Shown piece by piece: positions 18,329 to 27,826 of a stretch of DNA of 64,000 nucleotides (position 1 is the stretch's first letter; each line of letters opens with the position of its first letter). The DNA is from Candidatus Ozemobacteraceae bacterium (GTDB lineage: Bacteria; Muiribacteriota; Ozemobacteria; Ozemobacterales; Ozemobacteraceae). A model generated the notes under the pieces. That model saw only the letters and a list, made by a program, of their open reading frames with translations. It made no database searches and had not been told where the DNA came from. The stretch covers positions 4,288,001-4,352,000 of the forward strand of contig OZ223236.1 in assembly GCA_965140445.1 (NCBI GenBank), given 5' to 3'. The translations under genes and the position numbers were made by a program.

Positions 18329-21300
18329 ATGAAAAGGAAACTTGGGATTTTTGTAATTTTTTTTCACTTATGTTTTATTAACGGCGCATTTGCTGGAGAC
18401 AAAGTTCTCAACCAGATTCGCAATTTAATTGATCGAACCAATAATAATTTTGTGCAATCACAACAAGTGCAAAGCGATGATTTAGTTGGTTATCAATCAA
18501 ACAATCTTGTAAATCAACAAAACTATATTAGCAACCAGACCCGCGAAACAGAAAAATTTAGAAATTACAGCGATAATCCAAAATTTACCAGACCTGTACC
18601 TCAGAAAAGCAAAAAAGACTTTACTACCATAAAAACCCTTGTTCCCTACGAAGACCTGTACAAGGTTCTTCAAAAGGATATTGGAAAATATTTCATACTT
18701 CCGATAGATGAATTTGAAGCCCTGAAAAAAGCAAAGGAAGATTGGATAAAAGCAAATTCCGGCGAAGAAAAAGTAGCCCCTCCCCTCCTTTATCGAATCA
18801 ATACTGCCCAATTAACCGGTAAGCTTGATGAAAACTTCGCCAAAATCCACTCTACTTTTAAAATTGAAACATTTACTGACGATTGGCACGAGATTCCTGT
18901 TATGTGGGGAAGTATCGCCATAGAATCAGTCAAATTAAATGGCAAAAATACAACTCTCAAATCAAATTGGCTCAGCAACACAAACCGTCAGGTTACATTT
19001 GGCAAACTAAGTCAGCAGAACATATTGCAAAACGTGTATCAAGCTCCTGGAGCTATGAATGATATTTTGAGCCAGGATAACTGGAAAGACGCCATCTTTT
19101 CCCTTCCAATCAAAGGAAAAGGAATTTTCGAGGTTGAAATTTCCTTCATGGTGCCAATCCAAAATCAGGATGACTTATATACCCTTCAGTTCAGTCTCTC
19201 CCGAATACCACTGACGTTTTTAAAACTCGAAGTTGCCGACTTTACATTATCAATTGACAGCACAAGTTTCAGAGATTTTTCAATTGATCCTTACCCAAAT
19301 AACGCAGACGGTTGCTCGTTCATTGGTTGGCTAGGTGCGAACAGCGACCTGTATTTAAAATGGCGAAGAAAGTTCAGTAAGCCACAAAAGAAAGTTGCCG
19401 TTCAAAAAACCAAAGTTCAAAATCCTAAAGAAACCTCTGCCATTGCCTCAGAACCCGTAAAAGTTGAAGAAGTAAAACCCGTAATCCTACCTTTGGTTTA
19501 CTCCAGATCTCAAACACTTGTCAGCCTTGGCGAAACAGCTATTCAAGGCCATAAAACCATATATTACACCATCAGCAAAGCTCCTGTTTCAAGCTTCAGT
19601 TTTGCAATTCCCTCAAATGTAGAAATAGTAGAAGTTAACTCTGACAGGCCCCAAACCCATCGCCTTATTCGTGAAGGAAAAGAAAAAAGACTTAGGGTAG
19701 ATTTTCTCGCAGGCCGTGAAGATTCCTGTCGAATAGAAATCGCCTATGAAGCCCCGGTTGATCTTTCGCAAAAACTCCTTAAGATTCCTGAAATTTTCCC
19801 GGTAAATGTTGAAAGAGAGCTTGGCACCCTTGCAATAGAAGCACTCACATCTGTAGAGGTGCAGCCCGGAAACAATGAAGATTCACCTCTAAACAAAGGA
19901 GTCTACTCTTTAGACCCGCTTGAAGTGCCTCAGCCGCTAAAGAAACGAGCAGTAAGACCTCTTTTGCTCGCTTACAGGCAAAATACAAGCCCGGCCAATA
20001 TTCTGATATCTGTCAAAAGATACCAGGATGTTCCTCAGCAAACTGTTGTTGCAGATAGTATGGAAGTAAAAACAACTTTCACAACAAACAAAACCAGCAA
20101 CACCCTGCTCAATATGAAAATCAGAAATAACAACAAACAGTATCTGCAGCTTCAACTTAGCTCTGGAACAGAAGTTATTTCTGCCTTCAGAAGCGGAAAA
20201 CCAGTAAAGTTGGTTGCAGGTAAAAATGATGGAAAAGTCCAGATCCCACTTGAAATGAGTCAATCGGTTGGAAGCCCTGTGGAAATGAATCTTCAGGTTC
20301 TTTTAAAACAACCGGTAGAAGAAATGAAATGGCATGGAAAGCTGGACTTTGTACCACCAATGGTTGATATTCCAGTTTCAAGGTTCAGCTGGTATCTGTA
20401 TGCCCCTGAACAATATAAGCTATTTGATTTCTCTGGAACCGTTAAAGACAATTACACAAGAAAAGACCCCTTCTTCTTCCGCGGTTTTATGACGCTTCTT
20501 CACGCTGCGTGGAGTCTAATCTTAAACCCCGAATTGCTTTTTATCCTATTCTTCTTCGTTACTCTTTTTATGCTCTTTTTAGCACGCAATTTACTATTCA
20601 AGATCATCAAGGGTATTTGGGGATTAGTGGCAGGAATTTTCACTTACATATTTAGTGGAAAAGGTTTTCGACTGGCAGAGCTAATGATAGTTATGGCAAT
20701 CATTGGATTATTAGCAGCTATAGCCATACCGAACTTTAGAAAAGCCAGGGAACAAGGTCGCGAGAAAGCTTGCTACGCCAATATGCGCGTCTTACTAGGT
20801 GCCATGGAAATGTACAACATGGACAATTCTCCAATGATGAAAAGCCCGGACGAAGATAGACTTGTAAGAATGAAATTTTTAAAAAGCAATCTGAATAAAC
20901 CTGAACGAAATTGCAGATATTATTCTAATGGCGACGTTTCCGCAGGAGCTCCAATCATTTGTAGAGTTCATGGTGCAATAGATGATTCAGAACTGTCTAA
21001 TGGAATTGGCAGTGTTAACAACATAGCTTACGACAGTGACGAAAGCGTGTCATTTGAAGCCAAGTCCAGCAGGCAGCAATTTGCTAAAGGGGAAATGAAA
21101 AGAAAAGTAAGCGCTTCTGCTTCGTCACATAGACAAGACGCATACGGATTTGCCAAAGTCAAAGGCATGAAACCAATCAAAACAAAGTTTGTGATTACCC
21201 AGAATTATTATGCTCTTGAAAGAGATTTGATTATTCCTGAAATAGCCTCAAACGGAGCTTTGATTTTGAACCGCACCTGTCCTACAGTTACTGTAAATTA

Positions 21301-24049
21301 TGTAAAAACAATGGCTCTAAATGCAGCTTCAATCCTGGCTTTTATCCTTGCATTCTTCGGAGCGTTATATTTCGTCTCTGGTGCTTTCCTGAAATTCAAT
21401 TCCAAAATCACCTTTGCCGCAATAATTATGGTTGCACTATCCGTTTTGGATCTAAAGCTAAAGTCTATTGGAGACAGCGCAAACATCGGGCTCTGGCTTG
21501 CTATTGCCGGGGCAGTTGTATGGAAAATTTTCTGGTTGTTCTCCCAGATTGATTTTAAAAATTATGGAGGAGAAAAGCCTTCTTTTGATTCTCCGTTTAA
21601 TCCTTCTTTCGACCCATCAATTACTCCAGCTGTAAAACCAAAAAAGGCAAGTCCGGAAGTTTCTGTTAAAAAAATGAAAGACACAAACCCCACTGAGGAT
21701 AAAAATAACGAAGAAGAAACAAAAGTAGATAAAAGAGATGGTAAAACGTCCATTATACCTCTCATTTTCATCTTGTCTCTTTTCGTAATAGCGTCATCAA
21801 TAGCAGCTTTTGCAGCAGATGATGTTAGAGAAATCAGAATAATGGCTCCTTTCAAAGAGCTTTCTAAAGTAATTCCAACAGGCGATCGTGTAGTTATTAT
21901 TCCAGAAGAAGATTACAAATACCTCAAAGACGTCAAAAAACCGGATGAACCAGAAATTAATGCCCCACAAAACTATAGATTTGAGTCGGTTCATTACAAA
22001 GGAATTATCCAGGAAAAAGGAGTTCGCTTTCAGGCTGACTTCACTTTGGATCTCTTTAATAAGGGCTGGAAGAAAATTGGTCTGCTGACTTCTGATGCCG
22101 TTCCAACTTCTGCGAGTATAAACGGAATCCCATTAGCCCTTGGATTAATTGATTCAGAGCCATTTTCTTCTTATGGGTTCATGACAGATGCCACTGGAAC
22201 AAAAAATGTTTCCATAGACTTTTTTATTCCTATGGACTCTAGTGAGTACAGACATACCAGCAAGTTCAACCTGAAAACAATTCCTGTCTGCCTCTCAACC
22301 CTGGAAATTACTGCAAATGAAGAATCTTGCGAAGCCTGGATAGATCCTGGAGTATTGAGACCTGCAGAGAAAAAGGCTGGAAAAACTGTTTTTAAAGCAT
22401 TCCTTCCACCAACTTCTCAAGTAAGCTTTGAACTTTACAGAAATATTCCTGACCGAAAGCCGGAAATTAAAGCTGAAGAAACCGGGTCTTCAAATGATTC
22501 CTCAAATGCCACCATTAAGCCAGATAAACCTGTTCTTATTGAAGAAAAGACAAGAATCAGTGTCCGGGAATCAAACCTCCTTTACTTTAAAGAAGGCTTC
22601 TTAACCGGAACAAATGCTTACAAGCTAAAAATTAAAGGAGGAATGGGAATCGCCACATTCTCATTTGCTCTCCCTGGATCAATTAGAGTTTTAAAAGTTG
22701 AAAACAAACTAATTGAAGACTGGAAAAACGTTGAAAAAGATGGAGAAAACCAGCTTGATATAACATTTAAATCCAAAATCAGAGGCGAAACTCAAATCAA
22801 TATCGAGTTCGAAGAAGATATCTCCAATTTAAAGGATGAGAATTTTCAGATTTCAGAAATCGTTCCTTTAAATGTTGAGCAATCATTTGGTGTATTAGGA
22901 ATTGGTTGTCTTCAGACCTTAGAAGTTTCAGTGGCAGATACCCCGGAAGGCTTCTCGCCAATTATTGCCGCAGAATTTCTTAAAGACTGGAAGCTTGGAA
23001 ACCCTGAAAAAACACCTTACGCTTTCAAGTTTCTTCGCCATCCAAACAAGTTGATATTGAACATTACCCGTCCGGAAGATATTGGGCAACAAACCGCTGT
23101 CATTGACAGGGCTGAAGCAATGTCCCTGTTAAATGAAGATGGCTACCTTCTCACAAGGATTGTTTATGAAGTTAGAAACAATTCTCAGCAGTTCTTGAAA
23201 GTAAAACTTCCAAAAATCAGCAGTGAAACAACTGAGCTATGGAGCACTCAAGTAGCAGGAATGGCTGTCAGAGCTGGCTTTGACAACGATTTCGGTGTTT
23301 ATAACTTACCCATAGTTAGATCCCCTATCATTGGCGGAGAATCTCAATCATTCCCGGTAGAAATAGTTTATGCCATAAAAACCAGAGAGCCACTTAAAGC
23401 GGTTAACAAGCTTTATGTTGAGCTACCTCAGGCGCATCTTCCGGTGAGCGAGTTAAACTGGCTGCTCTATTTACCAGAGGGATATGAACTGATGAAGGAA
23501 ACTGGAAATCTGGACAGACAGATTAACACAGGCGTTCAGCAAAAATTCCTGAACAACTCGTCCTATTTCAGCTCCCTGTCATCAATTAAAGACAACTCCA
23601 GAAAGAAAGTAAGCTACAACCAAAAGCCAAACCGTCAGCAAGACAGGGTTTTTGGCATGGCTGGACTTCTTCCGGTTAAATTTAAAATTCCAACAACCAA
23701 CTGGTCAACTGCATTTAAAATGCTTCAAATTGAACCGGATGGAAAAGCACCTCACATAGAAGGAATCCTCTTAAATCCAAGAAAAGGCAAAGGCTTTGCT
23801 TTCCAGATTCTTATGATTTTCATAGGATGTATGGCTGGCCTTGGTTTAATTAAAATGCTTACTGGCCAACAGAAACATTTGTGGTTCCTCTTTATGGTAT
23901 TAATGAGCTCTCTGGTTGCTTTATCCGTCTATTTGAAGCTTTATCAAGCAGACTACTTTGCTCAGATGGGATTCTCAGCTCTTCTCATAACCTACATTCT
24001 ATTCAAGTTTTTTGCTTACCGACCTGAAAAAAATGAGGATAAAAAATAG
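18329..24049 (+). CDS. 1906-aa exported/multi-TM protein with two homologous modules and an internal type IV pilin-like domain
   Basis: Signal peptide AFA-G; KG|FRLAELMIVMAIIGLLAAIAIPNF at aa ~779; second signal-like AFA-A at aa ~1160; repeated module motifs. Confidence 0.85.
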   Translation: MKRKLGIFVIFFHLCFINGAFAGDKVLNQIRNLIDRTNNNFVQSQQVQSDDLVGYQSNNLVNQQNYISNQTRETEKFRNYSDNPKFTRPVPQKSKKDFTTIKTLVPYEDLYKVLQKDIGKYFILPIDEFEALKKAKEDWIKANSGEEKVAPPLLYRINTAQLTGKLDENFAKIHSTFKIETFTDDWHEIPVMWGSIAIESVKLNGKNTTLKSNWLSNTNRQVTFGKLSQQNILQNVYQAPGAMNDILSQDNWKDAIFSLPIKGKGIFEVEISFMVPIQNQDDLYTLQFSLSRIPLTFLKLEVADFTLSIDSTSFRDFSIDPYPNNADGCSFIGWLGANSDLYLKWRRKFSKPQKKVAVQKTKVQNPKETSAIASEPVKVEEVKPVILPLVYSRSQTLVSLGETAIQGHKTIYYTISKAPVSSFSFAIPSNVEIVEVNSDRPQTHRLIREGKEKRLRVDFLAGREDSCRIEIAYEAPVDLSQKLLKIPEIFPVNVERELGTLAIEALTSVEVQPGNNEDSPLNKGVYSLDPLEVPQPLKKRAVRPLLLAYRQNTSPANILISVKRYQDVPQQTVVADSMEVKTTFTTNKTSNTLLNMKIRNNNKQYLQLQLSSGTEVISAFRSGKPVKLVAGKNDGKVQIPLEMSQSVGSPVEMNLQVLLKQPVEEMKWHGKLDFVPPMVDIPVSRFSWYLYAPEQYKLFDFSGTVKDNYTRKDPFFFRGFMTLLHAAWSLILNPELLFILFFFVTLFMLFLARNLLFKIIKGIWGLVAGIFTYIFSGKGFRLAELMIVMAIIGLLAAIAIPNFRKAREQGREKACYANMRVLLGAMEMYNMDNSPMMKSPDEDRLVRMKFLKSNLNKPERNCRYYSNGDVSAGAPIICRVHGAIDDSELSNGIGSVNNIAYDSDESVSFEAKSSRQQFAKGEMKRKVSASASSHRQDAYGFAKVKGMKPIKTKFVITQNYYALERDLIIPEIASNGALILNRTCPTVTVNYVKTMALNAASILAFILAFFGALYFVSGAFLKFNSKITFAAIIMVALSVLDLKLKSIGDSANIGLWLAIAGAVVWKIFWLFSQIDFKNYGGEKPSFDSPFNPSFDPSITPAVKPKKASPEVSVKKMKDTNPTEDKNNEEETKVDKRDGKTSIIPLIFILSLFVIASSIAAFAADDVREIRIMAPFKELSKVIPTGDRVVIIPEEDYKYLKDVKKPDEPEINAPQNYRFESVHYKGIIQEKGVRFQADFTLDLFNKGWKKIGLLTSDAVPTSASINGIPLALGLIDSEPFSSYGFMTDATGTKNVSIDFFIPMDSSEYRHTSKFNLKTIPVCLSTLEITANEESCEAWIDPGVLRPAEKKAGKTVFKAFLPPTSQVSFELYRNIPDRKPEIKAEETGSSNDSSNATIKPDKPVLIEEKTRISVRESNLLYFKEGFLTGTNAYKLKIKGGMGIATFSFALPGSIRVLKVENKLIEDWKNVEKDGENQLDITFKSKIRGETQINIEFEEDISNLKDENFQISEIVPLNVEQSFGVLGIGCLQTLEVSVADTPEGFSPIIAAEFLKDWKLGNPEKTPYAFKFLRHPNKLILNITRPEDIGQQTAVIDRAEAMSLLNEDGYLLTRIVYEVRNNSQQFLKVKLPKISSETTELWSTQVAGMAVRAGFDNDFGVYNLPIVRSPIIGGESQSFPVEIVYAIKTREPLKAVNKLYVELPQAHLPVSELNWLLYLPEGYELMKETGNLDRQINTGVQQKFLNNSSYFSSLSSIKDNSRKKVSYNQKPNRQQDRVFGMAGLLPVKFKIPTTNWSTAFKMLQIEPDGKAPHIEGILLNPRKGKGFAFQILMIFIGCMAGLGLIKMLTGQQKHLWFLFMVLMSSLVALSVYLKLYQADYFAQMGFSALLITYILFKFFAYRPEKNEDKK

Positions 24050-24059
24050 GAAATAATTA

Positions 24060-24767
24060 ATGACAAATACATCCCTGATAAGCAAATCTACTGGAGCTAA
24101 AAAAGAAGCCTGGAAAGGCATGCTTCTACCATTAATAATGTTTCTGGTAGCAATCTATTTCTGGGAATCAACAGTAGTTTTGCCTATAAAATACCTCACG
24201 GTGTTTTTTCATGAGCTTTCTCATGGATTGGCTGCCATCTTAACCGGAGGCTCAATTGAAAGAATTGAGCTAAATGCTAATCAAGGTGGAGTTTGCTGGA
24301 CCCGTGGAGGAATACGCTTTATAGTCGTATCAGCAGGATACCTTGGAAGTCTGGTTTGGGGAGCGGCTATCCTTATGTTTGCCGTAACCTCTAACCATGA
24401 CAGAAAAGCTGTTGCTGGCCTTGGAATCCTTTTATTAGCAGTAACTCTCCTATGGGTTAGAAACCTCTTTGGAATAGGTCTATGCATAGCAACAGGCCTC
24501 GCCCTTCTTGGCATGGCAAAGTATGCTACAGATTTTGTCTGCGACCAGTTCCTAAAGTTCCTCGGATTAACTTCCTGTTTCTATGTTTTGCTGGATATTA
24601 AATCAGACCTGATAGACCGTTCAATCAGTTGTTCTGACGCATCAAAGCTGGCAGAAATGATGGTTGGAAGTGCAAGCCTTGGCTGGCTGGTAGGAGGAGT
24701 ATGGCTTCTAATAGCCGCCTTTATTACCTGGAAAGCCCTTGTATTTTCATTTAATCACCAAAGCTAA
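24060..24767 (+). CDS. M50-family (M50B-like) membrane metallopeptidase
   Basis: HELSHG (HExxH), SAGYLG, late SDA, multiple TMs. Confidence 0.88.
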   Translation: MTNTSLISKSTGAKKEAWKGMLLPLIMFLVAIYFWESTVVLPIKYLTVFFHELSHGLAAILTGGSIERIELNANQGGVCWTRGGIRFIVVSAGYLGSLVWGAAILMFAVTSNHDRKAVAGLGILLLAVTLLWVRNLFGIGLCIATGLALLGMAKYATDFVCDQFLKFLGLTSCFYVLLDIKSDLIDRSISCSDASKLAEMMVGSASLGWLVGGVWLLIAAFITWKALVFSFNHQS

Positions 24768-24785
24768 CCATGCAATAAAATACAC

Positions 24786-24823
24786 AAAAAAGGGGCCGCC
24801 TCCTATGAGACGGCCCCTTTTTT
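24786..24823. terminator. Bidirectional intrinsic terminator
   Basis: A6-GGGGCCG..CGGCCCC-T6 between convergent genes. Confidence 0.85.
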
Positions 24824-24833
24824 ATATTAAAAA

Positions 24834-25856
24834 TTAATCGCCACTTAGAGCATTGAAAACGCCACCCAGGACAGAACCTTCGCCCTGGCTTTTCTTTCCA
24901 GTTTGTGGAGCAGCTTCATGAATTCTGCCGGCAAGTCTTGAGAAAGGAAGTGATTGGAGCCAGATTCTTCCAGGACCTTTCATGGTCGCAAGAAACAAAC
25001 CTTCTCCACCAAATACTGCATTTTTTATTCCCTTAACCATTTCGATATCACATTGAACACCAGATTGATATGCAACGATACAGCCTGTATCAACCTTTAC
25101 AACTTCACCAGGAGCAAGTTCTCTCGTGTAGATTGATCCACCGGCGTGACAAAACACAAGGCCATCGCCTTCTAACTTCTGCATAATAAAGCCTTCGCCG
25201 CCAAAAAAGCCCATTCCAAGTTTTTTCTGCAATTCAATTCCTACAGAAACCCCTTTAGCTCCACACAAAAACGAATCTTTCTGGCATACCAGCTTTCCAT
25301 TAACATCCCGCAAATCAATTGCAATAATCTTTCCTGGAAAAGGACCACCAAAGGCGACTTTAGCTTTTCCGGAACCTTTGTGAGTAAAAACCGTCATAAA
25401 AAGGCTTTCTCCGGTCAAAAGGCGTTTCCCGGCCCCGGCAATCTTGCCCCATAATCCAGTTTGCTCTTTAGAACCATCTCCAAAAATGGTTTCCATTTCC
25501 ACGCTGGCATCCATATACATCATCGCCCCAGCTTCGGCAACAACAGATTCATTTGGGTCCAGTTCCACTTCAACAAATTGCAGATCATCACCAAAAACAC
25601 AAAAATCAACCTCATCAGCCTGAGAAGGTGCACCACGGTCTGCAGGTATTGGCGGCATGAAAGCACTACTTCCAAGATCACCAGCGAAATCAGTAATATT
25701 GCTGATTGGTGTCCACGAGTCTGTAACCCCTTCACTGTAAGCCATTGTATTTTTGTTCACAGACCCGCTTTGTAACTTATTAATAATATCTTCGCGACCC
25801 ATTGGCCCCTGAGCCTGACCAGCGACAGCTAAATACCACATTTTTGCGTCTGACAT
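24834..25856 (-). CDS. TIGR00266/AIM24-family protein with N-terminal GYF_2 (DUF4339)-like domain
   Basis: WYLAVAGQAQGPM; AEAGAMMYM, GESLFMT, GGEGFIMQKLEGDG, LQSLPFSRLA; GGAGGA RBS. Confidence 0.9.
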   Translation of the reverse strand: MSDAKMWYLAVAGQAQGPMGREDIINKLQSGSVNKNTMAYSEGVTDSWTPISNITDFAGDLGSSAFMPPIPADRGAPSQADEVDFCVFGDDLQFVEVELDPNESVVAEAGAMMYMDASVEMETIFGDGSKEQTGLWGKIAGAGKRLLTGESLFMTVFTHKGSGKAKVAFGGPFPGKIIAIDLRDVNGKLVCQKDSFLCGAKGVSVGIELQKKLGMGFFGGEGFIMQKLEGDGLVFCHAGGSIYTRELAPGEVVKVDTGCIVAYQSGVQCDIEMVKGIKNAVFGGEGLFLATMKGPGRIWLQSLPFSRLAGRIHEAAPQTGKKSQGEGSVLGGVFNALSGD

Positions 25857-25953
25857 TTTATCCTCCAAAATTTGTTCTTTTAACCATTTATCGGATATAT
25901 TAGAATTCATTGGGACTTTATGTAAAGACTTAAATCAAAATTGTGAGTGAAAA

Positions 25954-27552
25954 ATGGATTTGAAATTAGACCAGTTAAACTTGCTTAGAGAAATAACCCT
26001 CGAACTAGACAGCCTGATCGAAGGGCTACAAACCACACGTGCCGATCTGCACAGCTCCTTAAATGAAATATATGGATTTTTAAAAGAGAAAATTTCTCTC
26101 GAAGTCTTTTTTGTTGAAACTCAGGATGAAAACCTTAATATGCGGGCATTTTGTTTTGGAGAAGATGCAAACGTAGTAAAGCAAAAAGTCCCCAACCTGC
26201 ACAATCTGGCAAGTGCTCAATATTTTGAAACCCCGGATGCCTGTTGGTTTGCCCAACCCCTTGAGATGGCAGGAAACAATATTGGATCAATGGGATTAGC
26301 TTTTTCCTCAAAAGCCAAACCAGAAAAAAACTTTGGCATGGAACTTTTAGATGGAATATCTGAAGAGCTGGACAATTTTTTCTTCAGCATTCAGCAAAGT
26401 CGATTAAAACACAGTTTAATAATGGGAATACAATCAGCTCTCAAAAGTCATTCACTTATAGACGCGATAGACTGCGCAGTATATGTTTTGCGCAAAGAGA
26501 TTCCTTTTACTGATTTATACATTTTCTATTCTGACAGAGAGCTTACTGGAAACGAAAAAACCAACTACATGATTTATAATCAAACCAGTAAAATTTTTGA
26601 TTCCGCATCCAATCCACATCCCGAACTAAAAAAACTGGTAGATAATGGAGAAAATCCGCTCTCTATTGACCCAAACCGTTTAAAAGAACTAATTTCAGCA
26701 GGTGAAGTTACAGTTTCCTATCTTCTGGACGGGCTGATTCAGGAAGAGTTAATAGGAAAAGCCATATTTGTCCCCGAGCAAGGAAAAACATTTTCAATTT
26801 TCTCGAGGGAACTGATCCAGATTTTCACTGAAGTTCTGAGACAGCGCCTGGTAGACTTTAATAGAGAACGAAACAATCTTAGAAAATTCTTCTCAGACAA
26901 AATAATCGATAAACTGGTTTCTGAGGTCGGTTATGACTCATTATATCTTACCCCCAGAAAAGAAAACATCGGAATTATTTTTGCTGATATTTCTGGCTTC
27001 ACTAAAATAAGCGAGCAGGTTTTAAAAACTCCCGAGCGCATTACTCAACTCGTAGATCATTGGTCTAATGGAATTCTTGAACGTGTCTTTGATCTTGACG
27101 CATGCCTGGATAAACTTGTTGGTGATTGTATAATTCTTCTTTTTGGCCCTCCTTTCTATAATTCTCAACCTGAAAAAATCGTGGCCAACCTTCTGGAAGC
27201 TTCGAAAAGAATAATAGACTTCACAAGAGAATTTCTTAATTCCGAGGAAAATTCTGAAATAAAGCAGCATCCTGATTTTGAAAAATTTGGAGTCGCCATT
27301 GGGGTAAATTATTGTCCTACGGTAGTTGGATTGATCGGACCAAATCAGGATCTAACTGCCTTTAGCTCAGGAATGAACATAACCGCCAGATTACAAGGGC
27401 TTGCATCTGCTGATCAAATCCTGGTGACAGAAGAAGTTGCCAGAATTTGCAACCAAACACCAGACAACAAGTGGGAATTTGGCCCGGAAGGATCGGCTCC
27501 GGTAAAAAATGTCGCTAAACCATTAAAGTTCTTTCCTTTAAAACTTGATTAA
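25954..27552 (+). CDS. Class III adenylate/guanylate cyclase with N-terminal sensory region
   Basis: FADISGFT, DKLVGDC, MNITARLQ, VKN. Confidence 0.9.
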   Translation: MDLKLDQLNLLREITLELDSLIEGLQTTRADLHSSLNEIYGFLKEKISLEVFFVETQDENLNMRAFCFGEDANVVKQKVPNLHNLASAQYFETPDACWFAQPLEMAGNNIGSMGLAFSSKAKPEKNFGMELLDGISEELDNFFFSIQQSRLKHSLIMGIQSALKSHSLIDAIDCAVYVLRKEIPFTDLYIFYSDRELTGNEKTNYMIYNQTSKIFDSASNPHPELKKLVDNGENPLSIDPNRLKELISAGEVTVSYLLDGLIQEELIGKAIFVPEQGKTFSIFSRELIQIFTEVLRQRLVDFNRERNNLRKFFSDKIIDKLVSEVGYDSLYLTPRKENIGIIFADISGFTKISEQVLKTPERITQLVDHWSNGILERVFDLDACLDKLVGDCIILLFGPPFYNSQPEKIVANLLEASKRIIDFTREFLNSEENSEIKQHPDFEKFGVAIGVNYCPTVVGLIGPNQDLTAFSSGMNITARLQGLASADQILVTEEVARICNQTPDNKWEFGPEGSAPVKNVAKPLKFFPLKLD

Positions 27553-27554
27553 TA

Positions 27555-27818
27555 ATGAACGCTGAAATTGAATGGTTCCTATATATACTTGAGTGCAAGG
27601 ATGGAACATTATACACAGGCATTACAAATAATCTGGAAAAGCGACTAAGATCTCACAACGATGGAACCGCTTCCAAATACACCAGATCAAGAACCCCTGT
27701 AAAAATGGTTTATTCTGAGCCAGTTGGCGACAGATCAAATGCGACTAAGCGCGAATTGCAGGTAAAAAAACTAAGTAGAACAAAAAAAAATCAGCTGATC
27801 CTGAGTAAGATCAGCTGA
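27555..27818 (+). CDS. GIY-YIG nuclease (UPF0213/YhbQ-like)
   Basis: FLYILECKDGTLYTGITNNLEKRLRSHN..KYTRSR. Confidence 0.92.
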   Translation: MNAEIEWFLYILECKDGTLYTGITNNLEKRLRSHNDGTASKYTRSRTPVKMVYSEPVGDRSNATKRELQVKKLSRTKKNQLILSKIS

Positions 27819-27826
27819 TTTTTTTT
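27783..27826. terminator. Bidirectional terminator-like hairpin overlapping two convergent stops
   Basis: A-run-TCAGCTGATC..GATCAGCTGA-T-run. Confidence 0.7.
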
